DNA from: Lachnospiraceae bacterium
GTDB lineage: Bacteria > Bacillota > Clostridia > Lachnospirales > Lachnospiraceae
Reading direction: 5' to 3'
Length of the DNA: 32,000 nucleotides
NCBI GenBank assembly: GCA_050944355.1
Contig: JBMNQX010000003.1
Coordinates: 29,136 to 61,135, forward strand
The stretch's first letter is position 1. Each line of letters starts with the position of its first letter. Of this stretch, positions 18,249 to 27,504 are shown one piece after another. The position numbers and the translations under genes were made by a program. Under the pieces are notes generated by a model. The model was not told where the DNA came from. It did no database searches and saw nothing but the letters and a program-made list of their open reading frames with translations.

Positions 18249-20102
18249 ATGAATACAAAAAAGAGATCATCGGGCAGCGGCCTGGGAATGATCTTTATGT
18301 TTCTGATCATTCTGACGGTTTTTTATCTGATATCGTTTGAGATGCCCGAAACGGAAGAAGATTATGAGTACTCGGATTTTCTGGTCCAGGTGGAGACTGA
18401 CAGTTCCGAGATCAAAGAGCTGGTGATCCATCAGAACCAGGAAATTCCGACCGGCGAAATTGTCGTCACCATGCAGGACGGCACCCGCAAGAAAGCGTAC
18501 GTCTCAGACGTCAATGAAGTCGAGGACATCGCGCAGCAGTACGGAATCCGCTATCAGCTGGAGGACGTTTCGAGACTGAATATCTGGGCCAACATCATCC
18601 TGCCGATCTGCATCATGGTGTTTATGTTCGTCATTCTGTTTCTGATGATCAGGCGTCAGGGTGCCAACAGCGGCGCCAACGCGCAGATGATGAATTTCGG
18701 CAAGAGCCGGGCACAGAAGGTCGAGAGCAGCAAGAATCCGGTTACGTTTAACGACGTGGCAGGCCTGAAGGAAGAAAAAGAAGATCTCAGTGAGATTGTC
18801 GATTTCCTCAGAGAGCCGGCCCGCTATACGAAACTCGGAGCCCGGATTCCGAAAGGCGTTATTCTCACGGGGCCTCCGGGAACCGGTAAGACGCTTCTCG
18901 CGAAGGCGGTCGCCGGCGAGGCGGGCGTCCCGTTCTATTCGATTTCCGGATCGGATTTCGTGGAAATGTTCGTCGGCGTCGGAGCATCCCGTGTCCGCGA
19001 CATGTTTGAAGAGGCGAAGAAAAACGCGCCCTGCATCGTGTTCATCGACGAAATTGATGCCGTGGCAAGACGGCGCGGCGCAGGTCTCGGCGGCGGGCAT
19101 GACGAGAGAGAACAGACGTTAAACCAGCTGCTGGTAGAGATGGACGGTTTCAGCCCGAATGCGGGAATCATTGTCATGGCGGCCACGAACCGCATTGACA
19201 TCCTGGACCCGGCGATCATGAGACCGGGCCGGTTTGACCGCAAGGTTGTCGTGGGACTTCCGGACGTGGATGAGAGACTTGCCATCCTCAAGGTTCACGC
19301 GCGCAAAAAGCCGATGGGCGATGACGTGGATCTGGAAGCGCTGGCCAGAACGACGGCCGGTTTTGCCGGGGCCGATCTGGAAAATATCTTAAATGAAGCG
19401 GCTATCCGCGCGGCCAGAGAGCGCCGGGAATATATCAACAACGAGGATATTCAGGCATCATTTGTCAAGGAAGGCATCGGAACCGAGAAGAAGAGCCGGA
19501 TTATTTCGGACAAGGAGAAGAGAATTACCGCGTACCATGAGTCGGGACACGCGATTCTGTTCCACTGTCTTCCGGAAGTGGGACCTGTTCACATGATTTC
19601 GATCATTCCGACGGGACTTGGCGCAGCCGGTTACACGATGCCGCTCCCGTCAAGGGATGAAATGTTCAACACCCGCGGCAAGATGCTGCAGCAGATCATC
19701 GTGGACTTCGGCGGACGGGTCGCCGAATCGCTGGTTTTCGATGACATCACAACCGGAGCGAGTCAGGATATCCGCCAGGCGACGAAGACAGCCCGCGACA
19801 TGGTCATGAAGTATGGCTTCTCGGATAAGCTCGGCCCGATCGACTATTCGTTCGGGGACAGCGACGAGGTGTTCATCGGCCGTGATATCGGGCATGCGCG
19901 TCCGTACGGCGAGGATGTGACAGCGATGATTGACGCGGAAGTCAAGCGTATTGTGGATTATTGCTACGGTGAGGCGAAGCGCCTCATTGAAGAGAACCGG
20001 TCGGTTCTTGACGCGAGCGCAAATCTGCTGCTCAAGAAAGAAAAAGTGACCGGCGAAGAATTCGACGCGCTCTTTACGGCACCGGCGCCGCAGGCGGACT
20101 AA
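18249..20102 (+). CDS. ftsH: ATP-dependent zinc metalloprotease FtsH
   Basis: AAA+ Walker [23 protein letters not shown], Walker [34 protein letters not shown], protease motif HESGH, two TM segments. Confidence 0.97.
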   Translation: MNTKKRSSGSGLGMIFMFLIILTVFYLISFEMPETEEDYEYSDFLVQVETDSSEIKELVIHQNQEIPTGEIVVTMQDGTRKKAYVSDVNEVEDIAQQYGIRYQLEDVSRLNIWANIILPICIMVFMFVILFLMIRRQGANSGANAQMMNFGKSRAQKVESSKNPVTFNDVAGLKEEKEDLSEIVDFLREPARYTKLGARIPKGVILTGPPGTGKTLLAKAVAGEAGVPFYSISGSDFVEMFVGVGASRVRDMFEEAKKNAPCIVFIDEIDAVARRRGAGLGGGHDEREQTLNQLLVEMDGFSPNAGIIVMAATNRIDILDPAIMRPGRFDRKVVVGLPDVDERLAILKVHARKKPMGDDVDLEALARTTAGFAGADLENILNEAAIRAARERREYINNEDIQASFVKEGIGTEKKSRIISDKEKRITAYHESGHAILFHCLPEVGPVHMISIIPTGLGAAGYTMPLPSRDEMFNTRGKMLQQIIVDFGGRVAESLVFDDITTGASQDIRQATKTARDMVMKYGFSDKLGPIDYSFGDSDEVFIGRDIGHARPYGEDVTAMIDAEVKRIVDYCYGEAKRLIEENRSVLDASANLLLKKEKVTGEEFDALFTAPAPQAD

Positions 20103-20111
20103 GGACTGAAT

Positions 20112-22229
20112 ATGAAAATTGTAAAGGATCTTACACAAGATTCTGCATCTGACAGGAAGCTTTTTTACATGTGCAACGTGCGTCCGATTTTAAACACGGA
20201 CGCACTTTTCGCTGATTCGACAGATGAGTATCGGAACCCGTCGGAGCCGCTCCCCGGCGACACAGTGACTCTGCGGTTCCGGACCGAAAGGCTCAACGCT
20301 GACAGAGTATTTGTCAGTCTGAACGGAAATGACACCGAGATGGAGCGGGTGGAATCGGACGAGAATTTCGATTATTTTTCGACTTCATTCGATGTGACCG
20401 ATGAGCACATCTACTATTATTTCCGCATTGTAACGGGGCGCACGGTCGTCTACTATAATCAGCTCGGACCGGACAGCAAGCTCAATCCGTATTACGATTT
20501 TCAGATCATGCCGGGCTTCACGACGCCGGACTGGGCGAAGGGCGCCGTGGTGTATCAGATTTTTACCGACCGTTTCTGCAATGGCGATAAGAGCAATGAT
20601 GTTCTCACGGATGAGTATTCGTATCTGGGAGAACACGTAAAACACATCGACGACTGGAATCAGTACCCGTCGGCATCGGAGGGCGTTCGCGAATTTTACG
20701 GCGGCGATCTCCAGGGTGTGCTCGACAAGATGGACTATCTGCAGGATCTGGGCGTCGAGGCCATTTATTTCAACCCGCTGTTTGTATCCCCCAGCAACCA
20801 CAAATATGATATTCAGGACTACGACTACATCGACCCGCATTTCGGAAAGATCATCGAGGACGAGGGCAGTCTGCTTGCGCCCGGCGATCAGGACAATACG
20901 CACGCGGCCCGCTATATCAACCGCGTGACCAATGCCGTCAATCTGGAAGCGGGCAACTCGCTGTTCCGTCATCTTGTGGAAGAGGCGCACCGCCGCGGCA
21001 TGCGCGTCATCATCGACGGCGTGTTCAATCACTGCGGCTCGTTCAACCGCTGGATGGACCGCGAGCACATCTACAAGACCAGCCAGCATTCGCACACGGA
21101 CGGCGCTTACGTCAGCAAAGACAGCCCGTATCACGATTTCTTCCAGTTCAACGCCGACACGTGGCCGGACAACAAGTCTTACGACGGATGGTGGGGCCAC
21201 GATACGCTGCCGAAACTCAACTATGAGGCGAGCAGCCAGCTGGAGAGCATCGTGCTCGGCATCGCGGCCAAATGGGTTTCGCCGCCGTTTTCGGCGGACG
21301 GCTGGAGACTGGATGTGGCGGCTGACCTCGGCCACAGTCCTGAGTACAACCACTCGTTCTGGAAAAAATTCCGGCAGACCGTAAAACAGGCCAACCCGGA
21401 AGCCATCATCATCGCCGAGAATTACGGCGATTCCTATAACTGGCTGCAGGGCGACGAGTGGGACACGGTCATGGACTACGACGCCTTCATGGAGCCGGTG
21501 ACCTGGTTTCTGACGGGCATGCAGAAGCACTCGGACGAGTTCCGCAAGGATATGCTCGGCAATGCCGATTCTTTCTTTGATTCCATGCGCTACAACATGG
21601 CGAGACTCGGCGGCCAGGCGGCCCGCATCGCGATGAACGAGCTGAGCAATCACGACCACTCGCGCTTTCTCACGCGTACCAACCGCACGGTCGGGCGCCT
21701 GAATTACATGGGGAGTGAGGCGGCGTCAAAAGGCATCAACAAAGCCGTCATGATGGAGGCCGTCGTCATCCAGATGACCTGGCCCGGCATGCCCACGGTG
21801 TACTACGGCGACGAGGCCGGCGTGTGCGGCTGGACCGATCCGGACAACCGGCGCACTTATCCCTGGGGACACGAAGACAAGCTTCTCCTGAATTTTCACC
21901 GGGCAATCATCCGGCTGCACAAGACCTATCCGGTGCTGCGCAACGGTTCTCTGAAAAAACTCAAGGCCGAGTACAATCTGATCGCCTACGGGCGCTTCAA
22001 CCGGAAAGATCAGATCATTGTCGTCGTCAACAACAGCGAAGACGAGCGCCGCGTCATTCTCCCGGTCTGGGAACTCGGTCTCACCGATGATGACGATGTG
22101 GAGCAGATCTTTGTCACCTATGACGGTGGTTTCTCGCAGGAGCCGCTCGGATACCGCATCCGGAACGGCAGCCTGAATCTCGGCATGAGAAAGACATCCG
22201 CCATGATTCTCAGAAAGAAAGTATGGTAA
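20112..22229 (+). CDS. Glycoside hydrolase family 13 enzyme with N-terminal CBM34-like domain (neopullulanase/maltogenic amylase type)
   Basis: GAVVYQIFTDRFCNGD, YFNPLFVSPSNHKYD, RVIIDGVFNHCG, DGWRLDVAADLG (catalytic Asp), IIIAENYGD (catalytic Glu), ELSNHDHSRF, PTVYYGDEAGVCGWTDPDNR. Confidence 0.92.
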   Translation: MKIVKDLTQDSASDRKLFYMCNVRPILNTDALFADSTDEYRNPSEPLPGDTVTLRFRTERLNADRVFVSLNGNDTEMERVESDENFDYFSTSFDVTDEHIYYYFRIVTGRTVVYYNQLGPDSKLNPYYDFQIMPGFTTPDWAKGAVVYQIFTDRFCNGDKSNDVLTDEYSYLGEHVKHIDDWNQYPSASEGVREFYGGDLQGVLDKMDYLQDLGVEAIYFNPLFVSPSNHKYDIQDYDYIDPHFGKIIEDEGSLLAPGDQDNTHAARYINRVTNAVNLEAGNSLFRHLVEEAHRRGMRVIIDGVFNHCGSFNRWMDREHIYKTSQHSHTDGAYVSKDSPYHDFFQFNADTWPDNKSYDGWWGHDTLPKLNYEASSQLESIVLGIAAKWVSPPFSADGWRLDVAADLGHSPEYNHSFWKKFRQTVKQANPEAIIIAENYGDSYNWLQGDEWDTVMDYDAFMEPVTWFLTGMQKHSDEFRKDMLGNADSFFDSMRYNMARLGGQAARIAMNELSNHDHSRFLTRTNRTVGRLNYMGSEAASKGINKAVMMEAVVIQMTWPGMPTVYYGDEAGVCGWTDPDNRRTYPWGHEDKLLLNFHRAIIRLHKTYPVLRNGSLKKLKAEYNLIAYGRFNRKDQIIVVVNNSEDERRVILPVWELGLTDDDDVEQIFVTYDGGFSQEPLGYRIRNGSLNLGMRKTSAMILRKKVW

Positions 22230-22958
22230 ATGAACTTTCACGTACTGACGCTTTTTCCGCAGATGATCACCGACGGTTTTCACACGAGCATTACCGGCCG
22301 AGCCATGGACGCGGGGCTGCTCAGTCTTGAGACCGTCGACATCCGCGATTTCTCAAATGACAAGCACTTCAAGGTCGATGACTACACATACGGAGGCGGC
22401 GCCGGTCTCCTGATGAAGGCAGAACCGGTGTGCGCGGCCTATGACGATCTTGTGAGGCGCACGGGACACAAAATGAAAACCATCTACCTGACTCCGCAGG
22501 GGAGTGTTTTCAATCAGGAAAAGGCGGCGCAGCTCGCCAAAGAAACGGATCTCTGCCTGCTGTGCGGACACTACGAGGGAATCGATGAGCGGGCGCTCGA
22601 AGAACTGGGGGCCGAATTCATCTCGGTCGGCGATTATGTTCTGACCGGCGGCGAACTTCCGGCGCTGATCGTCATGGACGCCGTCTCGCGGCTGGTTCCG
22701 GGCGTTTTGCACAACAACGAGTCCGCCGAGACGGAGAGTTTTGGGGACGGCCTGCTCGAATATCCCCAGTATACGCGCCCGGAGGAATTCCGGGGGCGCA
22801 GAGTGCCGGAAATTCTGCTGTCGGGCGATCACGGAAAAGTCGATGCGTGGCGCCACGAACAGAGCCTGCGGCGGACAGCCAGATACAGACCGGATCTTCT
22901 GGCAGCTTACCTGGCCGCTCATCCGGACGAGAAAGGACCGGAGGAACCGGACACATGA
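22230..22958 (+). CDS. trmD: tRNA (guanine-N1-)-methyltransferase TrmD
   Basis: MNFHVLTLFPQM, DIRDFSNDKHFKVDDYTYGGGAGLLMKAEPV, LLCGHYEGIDERALEEL, ISVGDYVLTGGELPALIVMDAVSRLVPGVL, EYPQYTRPEEFRGRRVPEILLSGDH. Confidence 0.96.
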   Translation: MNFHVLTLFPQMITDGFHTSITGRAMDAGLLSLETVDIRDFSNDKHFKVDDYTYGGGAGLLMKAEPVCAAYDDLVRRTGHKMKTIYLTPQGSVFNQEKAAQLAKETDLCLLCGHYEGIDERALEELGAEFISVGDYVLTGGELPALIVMDAVSRLVPGVLHNNESAETESFGDGLLEYPQYTRPEEFRGRRVPEILLSGDHGKVDAWRHEQSLRRTARYRPDLLAAYLAAHPDEKGPEEPDT

Positions 22959-23962
22959 GACTCGGAAAACTGGCGGAAGGCCCCAGACTGCGGGCCGTGA
23001 AAAAAATTTTTGAAAACAACAGTGTTCCGGAACCGGCGCTTTTGTCCGGCGTCAGGACAGACGCGGCGGTGGCGGAAATTCCGGGATTCCCCGGCAAATG
23101 CCTTCTTCAGGCCCAGGGAGCGGACCCGGACGCTCTGATGGAAGCGTGCAATCTCGTGTATGCGGGCGGCGGTGTTCCGGAATGCGCCGAAATCACGATT
23201 TTCCTTCCACCGCAGATGACAGAGCAGGAACTCAAAAAAATCACAAGGAGCCTTGAACAGGAAGCCGGACGTCTGAACGTGCGCGTCACAGGCGTAGACG
23301 CGAGAGTCCGCGCAGGGTTGACAAATGTTTGCATAACCGCTACAGTGACAGCAATCGGTGATTTTGGTATTGTCGGAAAGCTCACCACTCCAAAGGCGGG
23401 TCAGGCGCTTGTCGTGACGGGATACGCGGGTCAGGCGGGAATCCGAAGCGTTTTCCCTTATCTTCCGGATGATATCCGAAAGAGATTCCGCCCGGACTTT
23501 CTGGACAGAGCTTTCGGAAAAGAAAGCGACACGAGTGCGGCCGCGGCGGCCGGGGTGTGCCGTGAGGCGCTGAAAGACGGAACATTTGCCATCAGTGCGG
23601 TGCATGCGGCCGGTGAGGGAGGCATTTTCGCGGCGCTCTGGGAGATGACGGCAGGCAGCGGCGTCGGTTTCACGGCGGACGTTCACAAAATTCCGGTGCG
23701 TCAGGAGGCTGTTGAAATCGCACAGCTCTTGGGGTTAAACCCGTATGAGATTCATTCGGGCGGAAGTCTTCTGATTGCGGCGGATGACGGCGAGGGCCTG
23801 GTACAGAAAATCCGCGGGGCGGGCGTGCCGGCCGAAACACTGGGAAGTTTTACGGACAGCAACAGCAAAATCCTGAACAATCGCGGGCGGATCCGGTTTC
23901 TTGACAAGCCACAGGAGGATCTGAGCGTCGATTTCCGGTACAGGCTGAGAGGAGAAGAATAA
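22955..23962 (+). CDS. AIR synthase-related (PurM/HypE-like) protein, function unknown
   Basis: N-terminal VRTDAAV, AGLTNVCITATVTAIGD, C-terminal DVHKIPVRQEAVEIAQLLGLNPYEIHSGGSLLIAADDGEGLVQKIRGAGVPAETLGSFTD typical of AIRS_C domains. Start re-assigned to ATG 22955 (overlaps trmD stop). Confidence 0.75.
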   Translation: MRLGKLAEGPRLRAVKKIFENNSVPEPALLSGVRTDAAVAEIPGFPGKCLLQAQGADPDALMEACNLVYAGGGVPECAEITIFLPPQMTEQELKKITRSLEQEAGRLNVRVTGVDARVRAGLTNVCITATVTAIGDFGIVGKLTTPKAGQALVVTGYAGQAGIRSVFPYLPDDIRKRFRPDFLDRAFGKESDTSAAAAAGVCREALKDGTFAISAVHAAGEGGIFAALWEMTAGSGVGFTADVHKIPVRQEAVEIAQLLGLNPYEIHSGGSLLIAADDGEGLVQKIRGAGVPAETLGSFTDSNSKILNNRGRIRFLDKPQEDLSVDFRYRLRGEE

Positions 23963-24451
23963 ATGGAATTAAGAGAACAGATTCTCAGAGATATTGAGAA
24001 GGATGCCCGCGTCGATCTGCATGAACTGGCTATCCGGCTCGGTGTCGAAGAAGCAGAGGTCGCCAACGAGATCGCGGATATGGAGAAGGAACATATCATC
24101 TGCGGTTACAACACACTGATCAACTGGGACAACACGAGTCTTGAAAAAGTCACGGCGCTGATCGAGGTGCAGGTTCAGCCGCAGAGAGGGCTGGGATTCG
24201 ACGCGATCGCAGAGAGACTTTACAAGTACAGTGAGATCAAAGCGGTGTATCTGATGAGCGGCGGTTTTGACTTTACCGTCATCATTGAGGGCAAGTCCAT
24301 GAAGTCTATCGCCCAGTTCGTGGCGACGAAGCTCTCCACACTGGACTCGATCCGCAGCTGCGCCACGCACTTTGTGCTGAAAAAGTATAAGGATTACGGC
24401 GTCATATTTGACGAAATCCACAAGGACGAAAGGGAGAAGATTACGCCATGA
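23963..24451 (+). CDS. Lrp/AsnC-family transcriptional regulator
   Basis: N-terminal winged-HTH-like region (REQILRDIEKDARVDLHELAIRLGVEEAEVANEIADMEKEHIICGY) plus RAM-like domain (VTALIEVQV...KAVYLMSGGFDFTVIIEGKSMKSIAQFVATKLSTLDSI). Confidence 0.85.
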   Translation: MELREQILRDIEKDARVDLHELAIRLGVEEAEVANEIADMEKEHIICGYNTLINWDNTSLEKVTALIEVQVQPQRGLGFDAIAERLYKYSEIKAVYLMSGGFDFTVIIEGKSMKSIAQFVATKLSTLDSIRSCATHFVLKKYKDYGVIFDEIHKDEREKITP

Positions 24452-25608
24452 GACCGATGACTTCCGAAAAAATCCGGGCTCTGCAGCCTTCCGGGATCCG
24501 GAAATTCTTCGACATCGTTCACGAGATGCCGGATGCGATTTCCCTGGGCGTGGGCGAACCGGATTTTGATACGCCGTGGAACATCCGCGAGGAGGGCATT
24601 TACTCGCTGGAGCGCGGCCGCACGTTTTATACGTCAAATGCGGGCCTGATGCCGCTTCGCGAAGAAATTTCGCGCTATCTGGAGAGGAACCAGGGCCTGA
24701 AGTACAATCCGAAAAGTCAGGTGCTGGTCACTGTCGGCGGCAGCGAGGCCATCGACATCGCGATGCGCTGCATTGTCAATCCGGGCGATGAGGTTCTGAT
24801 TCCGGAGCCGAGCTATGTTTCTTACCGGCCCTGCGCGATCATGGCCGACGCGACTCCTGTGACCATCAACCTGCAGGAATCCAATGGGTTCAAGCTCACG
24901 GCTGAGCAGCTTGAGGCGGCCATCACCGACCGGTCCCGCATTCTCGTGATGCCGTTCCCGAACAATCCGACGGGATCGATCATGACGAGAGAGGAGCTCG
25001 AGCCGCTTGTTCCGATCATCATCAAACACGATCTGATTGTGATCTCCGACGAGATTTACAGCGCTCTCACATACAGTGGAAAGCACGTGTCGATCGCAGA
25101 ACTCCCGGGCATGCAGGAGCGCACGATTCTCATCGGCGGTTTTTCGAAAGCATTTGCCATGACGGGCTGGAGACTCGGATATGCGTGCGGGCCCGAGGAG
25201 ATCATCGCGCAGATGACGAAGCTGCATCAGTTCACCATCATGTGCGCGCCGACGACGAGCCAGTACGCGGCGGTTGAGGCGCTTGCCAACTCGCAGCCCG
25301 AGGTGGACCGGATGGTCGCGTCATACAACGAGAGACGGCGGTTTTTGCTGCACGAATTCAAGCGGATGGGAATCGAGTGCTTTGAGCCTTTCGGCGCGTT
25401 TTATGTATTTCCGTCGATCCGCAAGTTCGGCATGACGAGCGACGAGTTTGCGACGCGGCTCCTGAAAGAGCAGAAGCTGGCGGTTGTCCCGGGCACGGCG
25501 TTCGGCGCCTGCGGCGAAGGCAATATCCGGATTTCCTATGCATACTCTATTGATGATTTGAAAATAGGCCTCTCCCGGATTGAAGCCTTTATTCAGTCTC
25601 TGCAGTGA
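24448..25608 (+). CDS. Class I/II pyridoxal-phosphate aminotransferase
   Basis: ISLGVGEPDFDTPWNIRE, ETI-type VLVTVGGSEAIDIAMRCIVNPGDEVLIPEPSYVSY, VMPFPNNPTGSIM, VISDEIYSALTY, IGGFSKAFAMTGWRLGYACG (Schiff-base Lys), GNIRISYA. ATGA overlap with the Lrp-like gene. Confidence 0.94.
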   Translation: MRPMTSEKIRALQPSGIRKFFDIVHEMPDAISLGVGEPDFDTPWNIREEGIYSLERGRTFYTSNAGLMPLREEISRYLERNQGLKYNPKSQVLVTVGGSEAIDIAMRCIVNPGDEVLIPEPSYVSYRPCAIMADATPVTINLQESNGFKLTAEQLEAAITDRSRILVMPFPNNPTGSIMTREELEPLVPIIIKHDLIVISDEIYSALTYSGKHVSIAELPGMQERTILIGGFSKAFAMTGWRLGYACGPEEIIAQMTKLHQFTIMCAPTTSQYAAVEALANSQPEVDRMVASYNERRRFLLHEFKRMGIECFEPFGAFYVFPSIRKFGMTSDEFATRLLKEQKLAVVPGTAFGACGEGNIRISYAYSIDDLKIGLSRIEAFIQSLQ

Positions 25609-25621
25609 GGAGTGTATGGAA

Positions 25622-26680
25622 ATGGATCGGTTTAAGACAGCGGCACCCGTACTGATCGTGTGTGCCGTTGTGCTGCTGGCAGTTCTGTTCAGCTCGGTGG
25701 GCCGGGGTGACAATGAGCTTCCGCCGCCATCGACAACGGAGACCGAGAGCAGTGAAGCGCAGGAGTCGGGAGAATTTCAGGTGGACGAGACCATCTCCAA
25801 GGCCAGTCCCGAGGAAGCGTATGTTCAGATCGATGACATGGTTTTTCAGCTGGGGTATCAGGAACTCCTCTCGGATGCCGTAGAAGAAATCGAAGCGTCC
25901 GGACGCTACACGATAGAAGGCTACGATGCTGACGCGAAAGGACACAGCGCGGAAATCACGGTGAGCCGCGACGGGACGGTGCTTTTCACCCTGAGGGCCA
26001 GCAGTATAAAAGAATACGCGGATGATTCCAGCGTGTCGTACGCGGCGGCGTTGTTTGCGAATGACTCGGAAAAGAACATGGTTCTGACGGGAATCACCAT
26101 CACAGACGCGGGGAAGGAATATGCCTGGATTTTCTCCGGGACGCGGTATGACGGAAGCGGCCTGAGAAAGGAAGAATTTCTGACCCGCTTCGGATCGTAT
26201 TCCTCTGACGAGTATGTCTACCCGTCTCTGGTGCAGAGCGAGACAGATTCTGCCGATGTATCGGAATATGTCCTGAGCGTCGAGGTCAACGCTCCGAAAC
26301 AGGAAGTGCTCCCTTCCCGGGTCCTCACACAGATTCGCAGTCTGAGGACGCTTCAGTACACATTTGTGTTTGACAACAGAACGCAGGAATGCACTTCGAT
26401 TACGATTCAAAACACGGTCGACGCCGATGAAGTCATGGCGTACTGGGATTACCGGGCGGAAGAAAGTGCAAGACAGACGGGCACGACGTCATCTTCCGAA
26501 TCGTCTTCCGCTGAGGACGGTGAAATCGCGGACGAGCCGGCGGAAGAGACGACAGAAGGAGAGGATGCAGCGGCGGAAGACGAGGCTGCCGCAGACAGCA
26601 CAGACAGCGGGGAAGAAACCGCTGAGGTCTCCGCACAGGAGACCCCGGAAACAGAAGAACTTTCAGCGGACGGAACGTAG
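25622..26680 (+). CDS. Membrane-anchored hypothetical protein with acidic, low-complexity C-terminal tail
   Basis: One N-terminal TM/signal-anchor (APVLIVCAVVLLAVLFSSVG), extracytoplasmic linker rich in S/T/E, globular middle, and D/E/S/T-rich tail from about ESARQTGTTSS onward. ATG 25622 preferred (9 nt after AGGAG); ATG 25616 is an alternative. Confidence 0.75.
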   Translation: MDRFKTAAPVLIVCAVVLLAVLFSSVGRGDNELPPPSTTETESSEAQESGEFQVDETISKASPEEAYVQIDDMVFQLGYQELLSDAVEEIEASGRYTIEGYDADAKGHSAEITVSRDGTVLFTLRASSIKEYADDSSVSYAAALFANDSEKNMVLTGITITDAGKEYAWIFSGTRYDGSGLRKEEFLTRFGSYSSDEYVYPSLVQSETDSADVSEYVLSVEVNAPKQEVLPSRVLTQIRSLRTLQYTFVFDNRTQECTSITIQNTVDADEVMAYWDYRAEESARQTGTTSSSESSSAEDGEIADEPAEETTEGEDAAAEDEAAADSTDSGEETAEVSAQETPETEELSADGT

Positions 26681-26683
26681 GAA

Positions 26684-27403
26684 TCAGATGGTTTCCGTCA
26701 GCTCAAACTTATAGCCGACGCCCCATACGGTCTGAATGGACCAGTTGGGGCCGCCGGTTATTTTTTTCCGGATTTTCCGGATGTGAGTGTCAATCGTGCG
26801 GTAATCGCCGGCAAATTCGCGCCCCCAGACCTGATCGAGCAGCTGCTCGCGGCTGAACACCTGATTCGGGTGCGAGGCCAGAAAATAGAGGAGTTCAATT
26901 TCGCGCGGTGAAAGATCCACCGGCCTGCCTTGAAATGACACCTGATAATTCTCGAGATTGATGGCAAGGTCCGGGATATTCACGGTCTTTGCGGCCGCGC
27001 CCTCAGCCGTGTCTTCCGGTGTGTAGCCGGCAAGACGGCGCAGAATCACCGTAACTCTCGCCACCATCTCACGCGTGTCAAATGGTTTGGTGAGATAATC
27101 GTCGGCTCCCGCCGCAAAGGCCGCAAGCTTGTCCCTGATATCACTCCGGGTCGTGATCACGAGAATCGGCACCTGTGATTTCAGGCGGATCCGGCGGATC
27201 AGCTGTACGCCGTCTATGTCCGGCAGAGTGAGCTCCAGCGTGATCAGATCCGGCTCTGTGTCCTGAAGGCAGCGCATGACGTCCGCGCCGCTTTTCACGG
27301 CCTCGGCTGTAAAGCCTTCCCGTGTCAGGGAAGATAAAATCAGAGAAGACATGCCGCTGTCGCTCTCTGCGACCAGAATATGTGGAATTGTACTACTTTC
27401 CAA
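26684..27403 (-). CDS. Orphan OmpR/PhoB-family response regulator with atypical receiver domain
   Basis: Receiver-like domain (ILVAESDS...PDLITLELTLPDIDGVQLIRRI...ILVITTRSD...AGADDYLTKPF) plus Trans_reg_C DNA-binding domain (VDLSPREIELLYFLASHPNQVFSREQLLDQVWGREF...RTIDTHIRKIRKKI...IQTVWGVGYKFE). No histidine kinase gene adjacent. Confidence 0.92.
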   Translation of the reverse strand: MESSTIPHILVAESDSGMSSLILSSLTREGFTAEAVKSGADVMRCLQDTEPDLITLELTLPDIDGVQLIRRIRLKSQVPILVITTRSDIRDKLAAFAAGADDYLTKPFDTREMVARVTVILRRLAGYTPEDTAEGAAAKTVNIPDLAINLENYQVSFQGRPVDLSPREIELLYFLASHPNQVFSREQLLDQVWGREFAGDYRTIDTHIRKIRKKITGGPNWSIQTVWGVGYKFELTETI

Positions 27404-27504
27404 CGGATGCTCCTTTCAACAAACGTGTGAACGGCGCTTTGAGGCGCAGTGCCTGCGCGGCGCCTGAAGATATGGCGGTTTCTTTGAACGGCTGAAAGTC
27501 AGAA

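Noticed and set aside
20385-21659. 424-aa minus-strand open frame opposite the GH13 gene
   Set aside because: GH13 catalytic motifs are intact on the plus strand; the antisense product has no family signature.
22847-22954. Upstream extension of the AIR-synthase-like ORF as listed in the track
   Set aside because: It lies within the 3' end of trmD in another frame with no homology; the ATG at 22955 with a GAGGAACC region upstream is a better start.
27430-27500. GC-rich GCGCAG-TGC-CTGCGC hairpin between mutS2 and the response regulator gene
   Set aside because: Only a 6-bp stem with a 3-nt loop and no U tract on either strand. It could be chance in this GC-rich sequence, and is not supported as a terminator or regulatory RNA.
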